Positions 27,835-37,617 of a DNA stretch of 64,000 nt are shown here, piece after piece (position 1 is the first letter of the stretch; every line of letters begins with the position of its first letter). Origin of the DNA: an uncultured Nitrospiraceae bacterium (GTDB lineage Bacteria > Nitrospirota > Nitrospiria > Nitrospirales > Nitrospiraceae); the NCBI GenBank assembly GCA_963730935.1, contig CAVSTP010000002.1, forward strand, positions 768,001 through 832,000, in the 5' to 3' direction. The position numbers and the translations under genes are program-made. The notes under the pieces are model-generated. The model saw nothing but the letters and a program-made list of their open reading frames with translations. It was not told the origin of the DNA and did no database searches.

Positions 27835-29079
27835 ATGGGGTTACAACCATCGGATCTGGCCCGGTTGCGTGAAAAGGCGGAACAGCTGAACCGGCGGTCT
27901 TTACATGCGCTGCCGAAGGTGACTCCGCAAAATGTGGAGTCGCTAGTGCATGAACTGCGTGTGCACCAGGTCGAATTGGAGCTGAAATGTCAGGAACTCC
28001 ACCGCTTGCAGGCCGAAGCAGAAGAGAGCCGGAACCGCTACCGTGAATTGTACGAATCCATTCCGATCGGCTATGCCACGATCGATGTGACGGGAAAAAT
28101 CCACGATGTGAATCCCGCCGGCGCCGCACTGCTGGGTGTCGACTCGACGCACGAGATGAAAAACCTCTACGCATGTTTCGCCGACGGCGACGGAGATGCA
28201 GCCCTCCTCTTCCTTCGTAACGTATTGAACGATGATGCGGCCGGTTCCTGTGATTTGAGGATGAGGAAGCCGGACGGAGGGATGTTCCTCGCCGCAGTGC
28301 AAGCGGCTCCCGTCAAGAACGGGGAGGGCAAGCGGGAACGGCTCAGGATTGCATTCAAAGATATCACCAGACGCAAGGAGGTCGAGGAATCGTTGCGCCA
28401 GCATCAACTCGAGCTTGAGGCCAACCGGATCGAGCTTCAGGAGTTGATGGCAAAGCTCTTCACCGCTCAAGAAGAGGAACGCCGGCGCATCGCCTGCGAT
28501 CTGCACGATGACCATTGCCAACGCATTACCGCGTTAATTCTCGAAGCGAGCGCTATGGAGAAACTGGTGAGATCCGTGATGCCGTCCTTGATGCCCCGTA
28601 TGAGCTCGCTGAAGAACAAACTCGGCGACATCCTCGACGATTTCCGTCATCTAACCCACGAACTCCATCCGCGGCACCTCGACACGGTCTCTCTGGCCTG
28701 TTCGATGCGGACGTACATCAAAGAGTTTGTGGAATACGCAAGTCTCGATGTGGACTTCAAGGAACATGCCGTGCCGGCCCATTTGCCAATGCCGATCACC
28801 ATTTGTCTGTACCGCTTGTTGCAGGAAAGCCTTGGCAATATCCGCAAACACGCGAACGCTCAGCACGTCTCCGTCCAACTGTCAGGCGACCAACGGGAGG
28901 TCGAGCTTCGGGTCTCGGGTGACGGGACCGGGTTCAACTACGGAGACAGTAAGAAGGGCCTGGGCTTGACCAGTATGCAGGAGCGCGTGCGTCCCTTGCG
29001 CGGCCATATCGCCATTGACAGTTCCCCCGGCCGGGGCACTTCGGTCGCAGTCAAGATTCCTCTGCCTTCAGAGGCGTGA
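27835..29079 (+). CDS. Cytoplasmic PAS-HisKA_3 histidine kinase
   Basis: HELRVHQVELE helix, PAS, EERRRIACDLHD, QESL.NI.KHA, GLGL..M.ER. Confidence 0.88.
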   Translation: MGLQPSDLARLREKAEQLNRRSLHALPKVTPQNVESLVHELRVHQVELELKCQELHRLQAEAEESRNRYRELYESIPIGYATIDVTGKIHDVNPAGAALLGVDSTHEMKNLYACFADGDGDAALLFLRNVLNDDAAGSCDLRMRKPDGGMFLAAVQAAPVKNGEGKRERLRIAFKDITRRKEVEESLRQHQLELEANRIELQELMAKLFTAQEEERRRIACDLHDDHCQRITALILEASAMEKLVRSVMPSLMPRMSSLKNKLGDILDDFRHLTHELHPRHLDTVSLACSMRTYIKEFVEYASLDVDFKEHAVPAHLPMPITICLYRLLQESLGNIRKHANAQHVSVQLSGDQREVELRVSGDGTGFNYGDSKKGLGLTSMQERVRPLRGHIAIDSSPGRGTSVAVKIPLPSEA

Positions 29080-29150
29080 GCCGCCACTCGCTCATCGCTC
29101 TCTTCAAAGTAATCAGCACATTCGGGTTCACCCGCACTCCAGAGAGCGGG

Positions 29151-29507
29151 CTATTGTTGTGACAAGAGCCGAATATAGGCCAGGACGTCCTGCATTTCTC
29201 CGTCGGTGAGACGACCCCGCCACGAGTGCATAGGGCTGAAGACGCCGCCGTGCTCGATCATCCGTAACAAGGTCTCATCCGACTTCAAAAAGGAACCGGG
29301 ACGATGGAAGTTGGCCGGCGCGACCGTGAGCAACAAGGCGTTGGGTCCGTCGCCGTAGCCTCGGGCGCCGTGACAGGTCATGCAGTGACGTTCATAGATG
29401 GTTTTGCCTCGGGAAACATCAGCAGGATAGTCCTGCGCCAGGATGAGAGGTGTGGCCGGACCGATCGAGAGTGCGATGGCAATCAGCGCAGCAATGTTGA
29501 TCGTCAC
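29151..29507 (-). CDS. Monoheme class I cytochrome c
   Basis: Signal peptide, CMTCHG..G.GDG, distal Met in PMHSW; GTG start inferred. Confidence 0.85.
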   Translation of the reverse strand: MTINIAALIAIALSIGPATPLILAQDYPADVSRGKTIYERHCMTCHGARGYGDGPNALLLTVAPANFHRPGSFLKSDETLLRMIEHGGVFSPMHSWRGRLTDGEMQDVLAYIRLLSQQ

Positions 29508-29675
29508 GAAGGGCCTCTCATTTCCGGTGATACCCGAGCCGGGAAAAAATTTGAGCAAATCCACGGCCGTTTGCAAGGTTCCGGCATGATGATAGTTGAT
29601 TCTGGCAGGAGGATGTACCACACTGCGTCCTCTAGTGTAAAAAATCCACATCGTCCATGAGTGAGGAGTCTATCG

Positions 29676-30953
29676 ATGGTGAGTGCGTCACGTCCCATTG
29701 TCGGCATGCTCGTCGGAGGGGGACCAGCTCCGGGCATCAACAGCGTCATCAGCGCGGTCACGATTCGCAGCATCATTGGCGGTTCGGAAGTGCTCGGTTT
29801 TCTCGACGGATTCAAATGGCTCATGGAAGGCAGCACCGCGCATGTGCATCCGATCTCCATCGAGGAAGTCAGCCGCATCCATTTTCGGGGCGGCTCGCAT
29901 TTGGGCACCTCTCGAGCCAATCCCACCAAGAAGCCGGAGCATCTGGATCGCGTCCTGTCCACCCTGACGAGTCTCGGCGTCACCCGCCTGGTCACGATCG
30001 GGGGAGACGATACGGCATTTTCCGCGCTCAAGTTGGAAGCGCGGTCTCAGGGGCGACTACAAGTAGTGCACGTGCCGAAAACCATCGACAACGACCTGGA
30101 TCTACCCCACGGAATTCCCACCTTTGGCTTTCAGACCGCGCGTCATCTCGGCGTGGAAATTCTCAAAAACCTTATGGTGGATGCGCAGACCACGTCGCGC
30201 TGGTATCTCACGGTCACCATGGGACGCAAGGCCGGGCATCTGGCGCTTGGCATTGGAAAAGCAGCTGGGGCCACGCTCACCATTATTCCTGAGGAATTCG
30301 CCGATCGCCCGGTCAAACTTCAGCGTCTCGTGGATGCCGTCATCGGGACCATGATCAAGCGCTTCGAAAGCGGACGGACGGATGGCGTGATCGTCCTGGC
30401 GGAAGGCTTGGTCGAGATCGTCGATCAGAACGATCTGGGTGGGCTCGATCACGTCGAGCGCGATGAACATGGCCATTTGCGTCTGTCCGAAGTGGACATC
30501 GGGGACCTGCTCAGGCGCGAGGTGACCAAAGGATTGAAAGCGTTGGGGCTCTCGGTCACGGTGGTTTCAAAAAACGTCGGGTATGAGCTGCGCTGCGCCG
30601 ATCCGATTCCCTACGACATCGAATACACCCGCGATCTCGGGTATTGTGCCGCTCAACATCTCCTTGACGGCGGGACAGCCGCCATGGTTTCCATTCAAGA
30701 CGGCCGCTTTGCCCCGATTCCGTTTAAGGCGATGCTCGATCCGGTCACAGGACGCGCGCGTGTAAGGATGGTGGACACGGACTCTCAGTCGTATCACATT
30801 GCGCGGCAGTACATGATTCGACTCGACGATGAGGATTTCAAAGATCCCGAGCGATTGGCGCGCCATGCGGCGCTCGTGCATCTGTCGCCTGAGGCGTTCA
30901 CGCAGCGGTTCGCCCCGGTCGTCCGCAAAGATAGCCGGAAAGGGGCGACGTGA
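29676..30953 (+). CDS. pfp: Pyrophosphate-dependent phosphofructokinase
   Basis: GGGPAPG, IGGDD (PPi-type), PKTIDND, MGR, GYELR. Confidence 0.9.
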   Translation: MVSASRPIVGMLVGGGPAPGINSVISAVTIRSIIGGSEVLGFLDGFKWLMEGSTAHVHPISIEEVSRIHFRGGSHLGTSRANPTKKPEHLDRVLSTLTSLGVTRLVTIGGDDTAFSALKLEARSQGRLQVVHVPKTIDNDLDLPHGIPTFGFQTARHLGVEILKNLMVDAQTTSRWYLTVTMGRKAGHLALGIGKAAGATLTIIPEEFADRPVKLQRLVDAVIGTMIKRFESGRTDGVIVLAEGLVEIVDQNDLGGLDHVERDEHGHLRLSEVDIGDLLRREVTKGLKALGLSVTVVSKNVGYELRCADPIPYDIEYTRDLGYCAAQHLLDGGTAAMVSIQDGRFAPIPFKAMLDPVTGRARVRMVDTDSQSYHIARQYMIRLDDEDFKDPERLARHAALVHLSPEAFTQRFAPVVRKDSRKGAT

Positions 30954-31810
30954 TGCAAGTATTGGTCGCCACCGACGGATCGAAATACGGGAAATGGGCG
31001 CTGGAGTGGGTCGCCCGATTGCCGCTGGCCGAGCCGCCGACCGTCAAGGTGGTCCATATAGTGGATCTGCGCACGCTCCGAGCGCCGTTCATGCTGCAGC
31101 CGGTGGTGGCTGGGACCGAACGCTATCTCAAGGCCGAGGTGGCGAAATTCCTGACCCACGCGAAGCGTGCGAAGGAAGAGGCAACTGCCGCCATGAAGTC
31201 CTTACGGCTGAGAGGGCGCGTCGTGACCGAGCGTGGGCCGGTCGCGGCAACGATCGTCAAAGCTGCCAAGCGGGGCGTCCAGTTGGTGGCAGTTGGTTCC
31301 CGCGGTTTGGACGCCCTTGACCGGTTCATGTTGGGCAGCGTGTCGACCCATGCCATCCACCATGTCTCCTGCTCAGTGCTGGTGGTGAGGGAAGCGCCGC
31401 GAACGATCCGGCATATGGTCCTCGCCGTCGATGGGTCCGCCGCGTCAAAACGCGCGGTGCAGTTCGTGCTGCGGACAATGAGGCCGACCGCAAACGCACG
31501 CGACCGAGAGCCGGTGATGGTCACGGTCACGCATGCCATGCCGTTTCTGAATTACCCGGAGTTGCGCCAGGCCGGAAGCGCCCTGGTGGAGGAGTGCTCA
31601 AGAAAATTGCTTCAAGCCGGCTATCGTGTCGAGCAGATGCCGACGATCGGCAATCCGGCGGACGAGATTCTGAAAGTCGCCGAGACCCACGAGACAGATC
31701 TGATTGTGAGCGGCGCCACAGGCTTGGGCGCCGTTGGACGGTTCCTCTTGGGCAGCGTATCCACCAGGGTTGTGCAGCATGCGCGCTGTTCCGTGTTGGT
31801 CGTGCGGTGA
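30950..31810 (+). CDS. Universal stress protein (tandem Usp domains)
   Basis: Two ATDGS/AVDGS...LGSVS...CSVLVVR domains. Confidence 0.93.
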   Translation: MMQVLVATDGSKYGKWALEWVARLPLAEPPTVKVVHIVDLRTLRAPFMLQPVVAGTERYLKAEVAKFLTHAKRAKEEATAAMKSLRLRGRVVTERGPVAATIVKAAKRGVQLVAVGSRGLDALDRFMLGSVSTHAIHHVSCSVLVVREAPRTIRHMVLAVDGSAASKRAVQFVLRTMRPTANARDREPVMVTVTHAMPFLNYPELRQAGSALVEECSRKLLQAGYRVEQMPTIGNPADEILKVAETHETDLIVSGATGLGAVGRFLLGSVSTRVVQHARCSVLVVR

Positions 31811-31813
31811 CGC

Positions 31814-32143
31814 ATGTGTGATGGAGACAAGCGGCGTATGAGTCGGATGCGCGATCAACGTGGCCTTGGCGCGGGATGCTGGCTTGTGCGACGGGCTGGC
31901 ACCGGACTCCTTGTGTTGCTCTGTCTCTCCGTCTTCTTCCAAATGCTCGGGGTACCGGCGCCGCTGCTGGATGCCGGCGGGTCCTTCGAGATTGATGACT
32001 CCTCGGTCTTCGAGGCCTGGGCCATCCACTCGTCATCTCTGCAATGGTACGCTGGGTCCGGTTGTGTGCTCGTTGACGACGGTCACCGGTCGGTGTGCGT
32101 GCCGATCCTCGCCGGCGCGTTGTTTCGTCCTCCGCTCTCCTGA
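31814..32143 (+). CDS. Small membrane-anchored protein ending FRPP (candidate leader/arrest peptide)
   Basis: Hydrophobic LLVLLCLSVFFQMLG segment; C-terminus LFRPPLS; start could be 31838. Confidence 0.65.
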   Translation: MCDGDKRRMSRMRDQRGLGAGCWLVRRAGTGLLVLLCLSVFFQMLGVPAPLLDAGGSFEIDDSSVFEAWAIHSSSLQWYAGSGCVLVDDGHRSVCVPILAGALFRPPLS

Positions 32144-32236
32144 TCTTCTTTCGCGTTGACCGACACCATCATTTGCCTCGAATCATGAGCAGCTCCTCGT
32201 ATGTGGATGAGGAGACGAAACAGGAAGGAATCAGGG

Positions 32237-32653
32237 ATGACACGGATACGTCTGAGCATGGGCTGTGCCATGGCCATTGCGCTCTCGGTGGCGTGCGGGC
32301 ATACGCCGTCGACGGACGCCGGCAGGAGCGTACGAACGGTCGAGATTTCTCAGCAGGTCAATCCCCGCGTCATGTATGCCTCGCCCGGAGAAGAAGTCCG
32401 ATGGACGAACGCCCGTTCGAATACGGTGCGCATCGGGTTCTTGAGTAAGCGCTTGTTGGAGGACCATCGGTGCCAGAAGGGCATCGTCGATTTATTCGGG
32501 CAGGTGGATGACCTGGTCACGATCGCGCCGGGGGAATCGATCAGCCTGTGCTTCGCCCGCACGGGAGACCTTCAGTACAACGTCTGGTTCGATCCCGAGG
32601 ATCCGCGCGGAGCGATCAGTCCGACGCTGACCATTAGCATCCGGGGTGGGTGA
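32237..32653 (+). CDS. Lipoprotein with cupredoxin-like fold and no type 1 Cu ligands
   Basis: Lipobox SVAC; P..M.ASPGEEVRWTN, I.PGES.SLCF...G...YNV. Confidence 0.7.
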   Translation: MTRIRLSMGCAMAIALSVACGHTPSTDAGRSVRTVEISQQVNPRVMYASPGEEVRWTNARSNTVRIGFLSKRLLEDHRCQKGIVDLFGQVDDLVTIAPGESISLCFARTGDLQYNVWFDPEDPRGAISPTLTISIRGG

Positions 32654-32682
32654 GGAGGCTGACGGCCATTTTCAGCATCCGA

Positions 32683-34467
32683 TTAGAGGACGTCGCTCCA
32701 CGGAGGGCTGACCGCAAACGCCGCGTTGATCAATCCGACGTGGGAATAGGCTTGGGGAAAATTGCCGCATTGCTCATTCGTACGAGGGATGAAGTGTTCC
32801 GACAACAAGCCGACGTGGTTGCCAGCCGTCACCACGCGATCGAGGATGGCGCGTGCGTCATCGACGCTCCCCAAACGAGCTAGTGCTTGGGCGATCCACA
32901 GCGAACATACGACAAAGGCGCCGTCGGGCTTTCCAAAGTCGTCTTCGCGGACATAGCGGTAAAAAAATCCCGTGTTTTGCTGATCGCGTTTCAGAGACAG
33001 GTCCTGAACAATCTGCGAGAGCGTGGATTCACAGAGCTTGCGGTCAGGATACCCGAGGATCGCCAGCTGCGCGAGCGCCGCGTCATGGCTGGGATCGTCA
33101 GGGCCGTTGCGCACAGAACCCTCACGAACGGCGCGTAGCAAAGCCTCCGCGGCACGCTGCCGGTCGGCGGTCAAGTCCTGCTTGATCGCTTTGAGGTATC
33201 CGGCCCGCTTGATCCGTTCCAAGCGTTCCAGACCGGCCCAACACAAGAGGTTGGTGAACGAATGTTCTTGCCAGCCGCTTCGGATCTCCCACAGTCCCGC
33301 GTCCTGCCGCCCGATGCTTCTGGCGCAGAGCTGGGCTAGATGTGCGAGAAGGCCGTCGAGGTCTCGGGTACGGAGATCGACGAACCGTTCGTCGAAAAAG
33401 ATCGGCGTGAAGGTGAGAATCATCTCGCCATACGCGTCGTTTTGGACCTGATCGGCCGCCTGATTGTAGCTGCGGACTGGAGCGCTGCCTTGGTACCCCT
33501 TCCAGTTGGTATGCTCGATCTCCGGAAGGGGCAAGCCCTGACTCAGGGTGTACACTGGCCGGAGCCGGTCTCGCGAATGCTCATGCGTGAGCGCGATGTT
33601 CAGGAGGAAGTTCAGAAAGGCTTCCATCTCTTCGAAGTGCCCAAGACTGTTGAAGGCCGTGAGCGTAAAGTAGGCGTCGCGTAGCCAGCAGTAGCGGTAA
33701 TCCCAATTCCGCGGTCCGGCCAGCTGCTCGGGCAGACTGGTCGTCATGGCCGCCAGAATCGCTCCTGTGTCCTCATAGCAGTGGAGCTTCAGGGCCAGTG
33801 CGGATCGGATCACTTCTTTCTGATGCAGTAACGGAACGGAACAATGCTTGACCCACAACCGCCAATAGCGGGTCGTTTGTTCCAGAAAGTCATGCGTGAC
33901 TTTCACGAGGTCGTCTTCGATGCCGAGGCCCCAGGTGAGGCCGAAATAAAAATTCCGCGTCAGGGCAACCGGTGTTTCTTCGCACAGATAGGTCAAGGGC
34001 ATATTGGTGAGCAGTCGCAGTGACTCGCCGCGAATGTCGTATCGCAGATGATTGCTGCCACGGATCAGAGGCGCGACGGTCTTGTCCCATCCGGTGACGG
34101 GACGACAGCTCACCACAATGGCCGGTGTGCCTTGCAGAGGCTCGACGAGCCGGAACAGGGCGGCAGGACGATACATGCGGCCGTATTGCTCGAATCGGGG
34201 ACAGAAATCCGTGATCTGAAACGAGTCACCGTTCGAAAGCGTGACGGTCGTCAACAGGATGTTGGTATTAGGGAGATACGATTGGCTGGTCGTGCATGCC
34301 ATGGACGATGGGGGACTGGCGATGGAGAAATGACCACCTTCAGGATCCAAGAGCCGTCCGAAGACCGGCGGACTGTCCGGCCGGGGGAGGCACATCCATT
34401 CGACGGACCCAGTTGCATTGATGAGGGCCGAGGTATGACAATTGCCAATGAGAGAGTAGGGATACAT
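32683..34467 (-). CDS. Glycoside hydrolase family 15 (trehalase-like)
   Basis: IGNC...ALI, TTSLPE, RNWDYRYCWLRD, GLWE, GNFPQAYSH. Confidence 0.93.
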   Translation of the reverse strand: MYPYSLIGNCHTSALINATGSVEWMCLPRPDSPPVFGRLLDPEGGHFSIASPPSSMACTTSQSYLPNTNILLTTVTLSNGDSFQITDFCPRFEQYGRMYRPAALFRLVEPLQGTPAIVVSCRPVTGWDKTVAPLIRGSNHLRYDIRGESLRLLTNMPLTYLCEETPVALTRNFYFGLTWGLGIEDDLVKVTHDFLEQTTRYWRLWVKHCSVPLLHQKEVIRSALALKLHCYEDTGAILAAMTTSLPEQLAGPRNWDYRYCWLRDAYFTLTAFNSLGHFEEMEAFLNFLLNIALTHEHSRDRLRPVYTLSQGLPLPEIEHTNWKGYQGSAPVRSYNQAADQVQNDAYGEMILTFTPIFFDERFVDLRTRDLDGLLAHLAQLCARSIGRQDAGLWEIRSGWQEHSFTNLLCWAGLERLERIKRAGYLKAIKQDLTADRQRAAEALLRAVREGSVRNGPDDPSHDAALAQLAILGYPDRKLCESTLSQIVQDLSLKRDQQNTGFFYRYVREDDFGKPDGAFVVCSLWIAQALARLGSVDDARAILDRVVTAGNHVGLLSEHFIPRTNEQCGNFPQAYSHVGLINAAFAVSPPWSDVL

Positions 34468-34515
34468 GTCCTCACACTAGGGCATTTTGCGGCCGAAGTA
34501 AACGAGAGGTGATGT

Positions 34516-36765
34516 ATGCGCTTGTCACTGCGCTTTTTGTTTCCTTTGGCTCTGGTGCTTGCCGCCTTAGCCTATGCCGTCATCCCCCTGGTCGATAGCC
34601 TCACGCTGAAATGGTTCGTGAAGGATCTTGAAATCCGTGCCGAACTGGTCGGCCGCATGGTCGAAGGCCCCCTCGGCGACCTCTTGGTGTCCGAATCCAA
34701 GACGAAGCTGTTGGCGTATTTCAACCGGATCATCCAGGATGAACGGCTGTTTGCTATCGGATTTTGCGACCGCAACAATCGCCTGCTGTACAAGACATTC
34801 ACTTATCCGGACGCCATCACGTGTGAGGGGGCCACGACGGTGCTCACCGGACAAACGGCTCTCGTGCAGCTGCCGCGCGGAGCCGTGCACGTATCGGCCG
34901 TCGGCATCGATGGCAATAGCGGTCCACTCGGCCGCCTGATGCTGGTGCACGACATGAGCTGGGTGCAACGCCGGAGCAGCGATACCAAGCGGTATCTGTT
35001 TTACCTCTTTGCCATCATTGGGGCGGTGATCTCCTCCGTCACCGTACTGGTCGCCCACTTGAGCTGGCGCGGGTGGGTGACAGGCGTCCGGGCGATGCTG
35101 CGGGGCGAAGGATTCATTGCCTTAAAGAAAGACAAGCACCATGGCCCGGAGTTGCAGCCCGTCGCCAAAGATCTGCGTGCGCTCATCCACGATCTTGAGG
35201 CCGACAAGCGCATGCGGGACGAAAGCCAGTTGAGCTGGAAGCCCGTCACCCTCAAGTCCATTCTCCACGACCATCTGGCCGGAGACGAGGTGCTGATTGT
35301 GTCGAATCGCGAGCCGTACATTCACAATTGGAAGGATGATGCTATTCAGGTGCAAGTACCGGCCAGTGGGGTCGTCACGGCCCTGGAGCCGATCATGCGG
35401 GCCTGCTCTGGCGTGTGGATCGCGCATGGAAACGGCAGCGCGGACCGAGACGTCGTGGACGCGCGCGGCCATGTCCGTGTGCCGCCTGATGCGCCCTCAT
35501 TCGATATCCGGAGAGTCTGGATCACCCCTGAAGAAGAAGCCGGCTATTACTACGGGTTCGCAAACGAAGGCATCTGGCCTCTCTGCCATCTGGCCCACGT
35601 GCGTCCTGTATTTCGTTCCACAGATTGGCAACAGTACAAGGAAATTAATGAACGATTCGCGTTGACAGTCGTGGAGGAAGCCAAAACCGATAATCCCGTC
35701 GTGCTGATCCAGGATTTCCATCTCGCGTTGGTCCCAAAGATGGTGCGGGATCACCTGCCGAATGCCACCATTATCACGTTCTGGCACATCCCCTGGCCGA
35801 ATCCCGAGCGCTATGCGATTTGTCCATGGTATGTCGAAATTTTGGAAGGTCTGTTGGGCAGCAGCATTCTGGGATTCCACACTCGCTTTCACTGCAGTAA
35901 CTTCATCAACACTGTGGATCGGTCTCTCGAGACGAGGATCGACTGGGACAGTTCGACCATTTCATACGGAGGGAAACTCACGGCGGTCAATCCCTATCCA
36001 ATCTCGATCGAGTGGCCGAGTCGTGCGTTGACTCACCAGCCTTCCGTCGCCGAATGCCGCAGGCGGATACGGGAGATCTATGCGCTGCCGGCCGATCACC
36101 GCGTGGCATTGGGAATCGAACGCCTCGACTACACGAAGGGCATCCTTGAACGGTTTCTGGCCGCCGAACGACTCTTGGAGCTGGAGCCCCAGTGGATTGG
36201 GCGGTTTACGTTTGTCCAAATTGCCGCGCCCAGCCGCTCGAAGATCGAGGAATATGCGCAGTTCAAACAACAAGTGTTGGCTCTGGCCGACCGCATTAAT
36301 GCGCGATTTGGTACTGAGACCTACCGGCCTATTCATCTCCTCATTCAGCATCATGATGTGCAGGACGTCATGATGCATTACCGCGGGGCGGATTTGTGCG
36401 TCGTCAGCAGCCTTCATGACGGGATGAATCTTGTCGCCAAAGAATTCGTCGCGGCCCGGGACGATGAACAGGGCGTCCTCATTCTTAGCCAATTCACCGG
36501 TGCGGCCAGCGAGCTGCCGGACGCGCTCGTGGTGAACCCCTACAATATCGATCAGTGCGCCGCGGCGATGCATCTCGCCCTGACCATGCCTCCGACCGAA
36601 CAACGCGCGCGCATGCGGAGCATGAGGGGGATCGTCCAAGAGTTCAATGTGTTTCGCTGGGCGGGACGCATGCTCATGGACGCTGCTCGTATGCGGAAGC
36701 GAGTACGTGTTGAGCGACAAACAAGTGCTCGAAACGTCAGAACCACGACGGGAGGGCAGGCGTGA
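34516..36765 (+). CDS. otsA: Trehalose-6-phosphate synthase with N-terminal TM-sensor-TM extension
   Basis: [32 protein letters not shown]; about 250-aa N-terminus with two TM helices. Confidence 0.93.
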   Translation: MRLSLRFLFPLALVLAALAYAVIPLVDSLTLKWFVKDLEIRAELVGRMVEGPLGDLLVSESKTKLLAYFNRIIQDERLFAIGFCDRNNRLLYKTFTYPDAITCEGATTVLTGQTALVQLPRGAVHVSAVGIDGNSGPLGRLMLVHDMSWVQRRSSDTKRYLFYLFAIIGAVISSVTVLVAHLSWRGWVTGVRAMLRGEGFIALKKDKHHGPELQPVAKDLRALIHDLEADKRMRDESQLSWKPVTLKSILHDHLAGDEVLIVSNREPYIHNWKDDAIQVQVPASGVVTALEPIMRACSGVWIAHGNGSADRDVVDARGHVRVPPDAPSFDIRRVWITPEEEAGYYYGFANEGIWPLCHLAHVRPVFRSTDWQQYKEINERFALTVVEEAKTDNPVVLIQDFHLALVPKMVRDHLPNATIITFWHIPWPNPERYAICPWYVEILEGLLGSSILGFHTRFHCSNFINTVDRSLETRIDWDSSTISYGGKLTAVNPYPISIEWPSRALTHQPSVAECRRRIREIYALPADHRVALGIERLDYTKGILERFLAAERLLELEPQWIGRFTFVQIAAPSRSKIEEYAQFKQQVLALADRINARFGTETYRPIHLLIQHHDVQDVMMHYRGADLCVVSSLHDGMNLVAKEFVAARDDEQGVLILSQFTGAASELPDALVVNPYNIDQCAAAMHLALTMPPTEQRARMRSMRGIVQEFNVFRWAGRMLMDAARMRKRVRVERQTSARNVRTTTGGQA

Positions 36766-37556
36766 TTCATGCCCTTTCGGACACCGGCCTTCGCGCGTTG
36801 CGTGATGCCGCGTCTCAGCCGCTGTTGTATGCCTTTGATTTTGACGGCACACTCGCTCCGATCTCACGCGATCGCCAGGCGGTCAACGTCTCTGACTCCA
36901 CGTTGCAGTCGCTGGGTGAGCTGGCGAAGCGCGCACCCTGTGCAATTGTGACCGGGAGAGCGCTCGCCGACGTCGCGATGAGGATCAATGGCTACGTTCC
37001 TCATTTGATCGGCAATCATGGCATCGAAAGTCCATTGACCTCTCCCAGCGTGTTGGTTGAAGCCGAACGGACGTGCGCGAAGTGGAAGCATCAGCTGCAA
37101 AGCGGTCTGCCCATGACCCCGCCCGGTGCGGAGATCGAGGACAAACGATATTCGCTCACTGTCCATTTTCGCGGCGCCGAGAATCCGGCGGATGTCAGCA
37201 TGGCCGCGCTCGCCGCTCTCCGGCGACTGAGCCCTGCCCCTCAATTGATCGAAGGTAAGTATGCCATCAACGTCCTGCCTCCCGGGCAAAGCGGAAAGGG
37301 CCGCGCCACGTTGGCGCTCATGAAACATCTCGGGCGAACCGGCTTGTTCTATATCGGTGACGAGGAGACCGACGAGACCGTGTTTTCGCTGGGGCAGGTG
37401 GTTACGATGGGGGTCCGTGTCGGCAGAGTGGACGGGTCCCGCGCCGGATTCTATCTACACGACCAAGCAGAAGTCGAAGGACTTCTTCGTCTGCTGGTCC
37501 AGTGCATGGGTGGGTCTCCCTCATCTGAAGTAGCCAACGGGCCAACAGAAATCTGA
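36762..37556 (+). CDS. otsB: Trehalose-6-phosphate phosphatase
   Basis: FDFDGTLAP, TGR, GNHG, EDK, GD..TDE. Confidence 0.93.
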   Translation: MIHALSDTGLRALRDAASQPLLYAFDFDGTLAPISRDRQAVNVSDSTLQSLGELAKRAPCAIVTGRALADVAMRINGYVPHLIGNHGIESPLTSPSVLVEAERTCAKWKHQLQSGLPMTPPGAEIEDKRYSLTVHFRGAENPADVSMAALAALRRLSPAPQLIEGKYAINVLPPGQSGKGRATLALMKHLGRTGLFYIGDEETDETVFSLGQVVTMGVRVGRVDGSRAGFYLHDQAEVEGLLRLLVQCMGGSPSSEVANGPTEI

Positions 37557-37617
37557 GGCCGGTGACGACTCGTCCGAGACAGGTCCGGCATGGTCAGACT
37601 CGTGTAGAGTGCGCCCG

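Noticed and set aside
29554..29569. Sigma54-like CGGCCGTGGATTTGCT (minus strand) upstream of cytochrome c
   Set aside because: GG-N10-GC spacing fits, but the -24 element deviates from TGGCAC and there is no supporting enhancer; too weak to call
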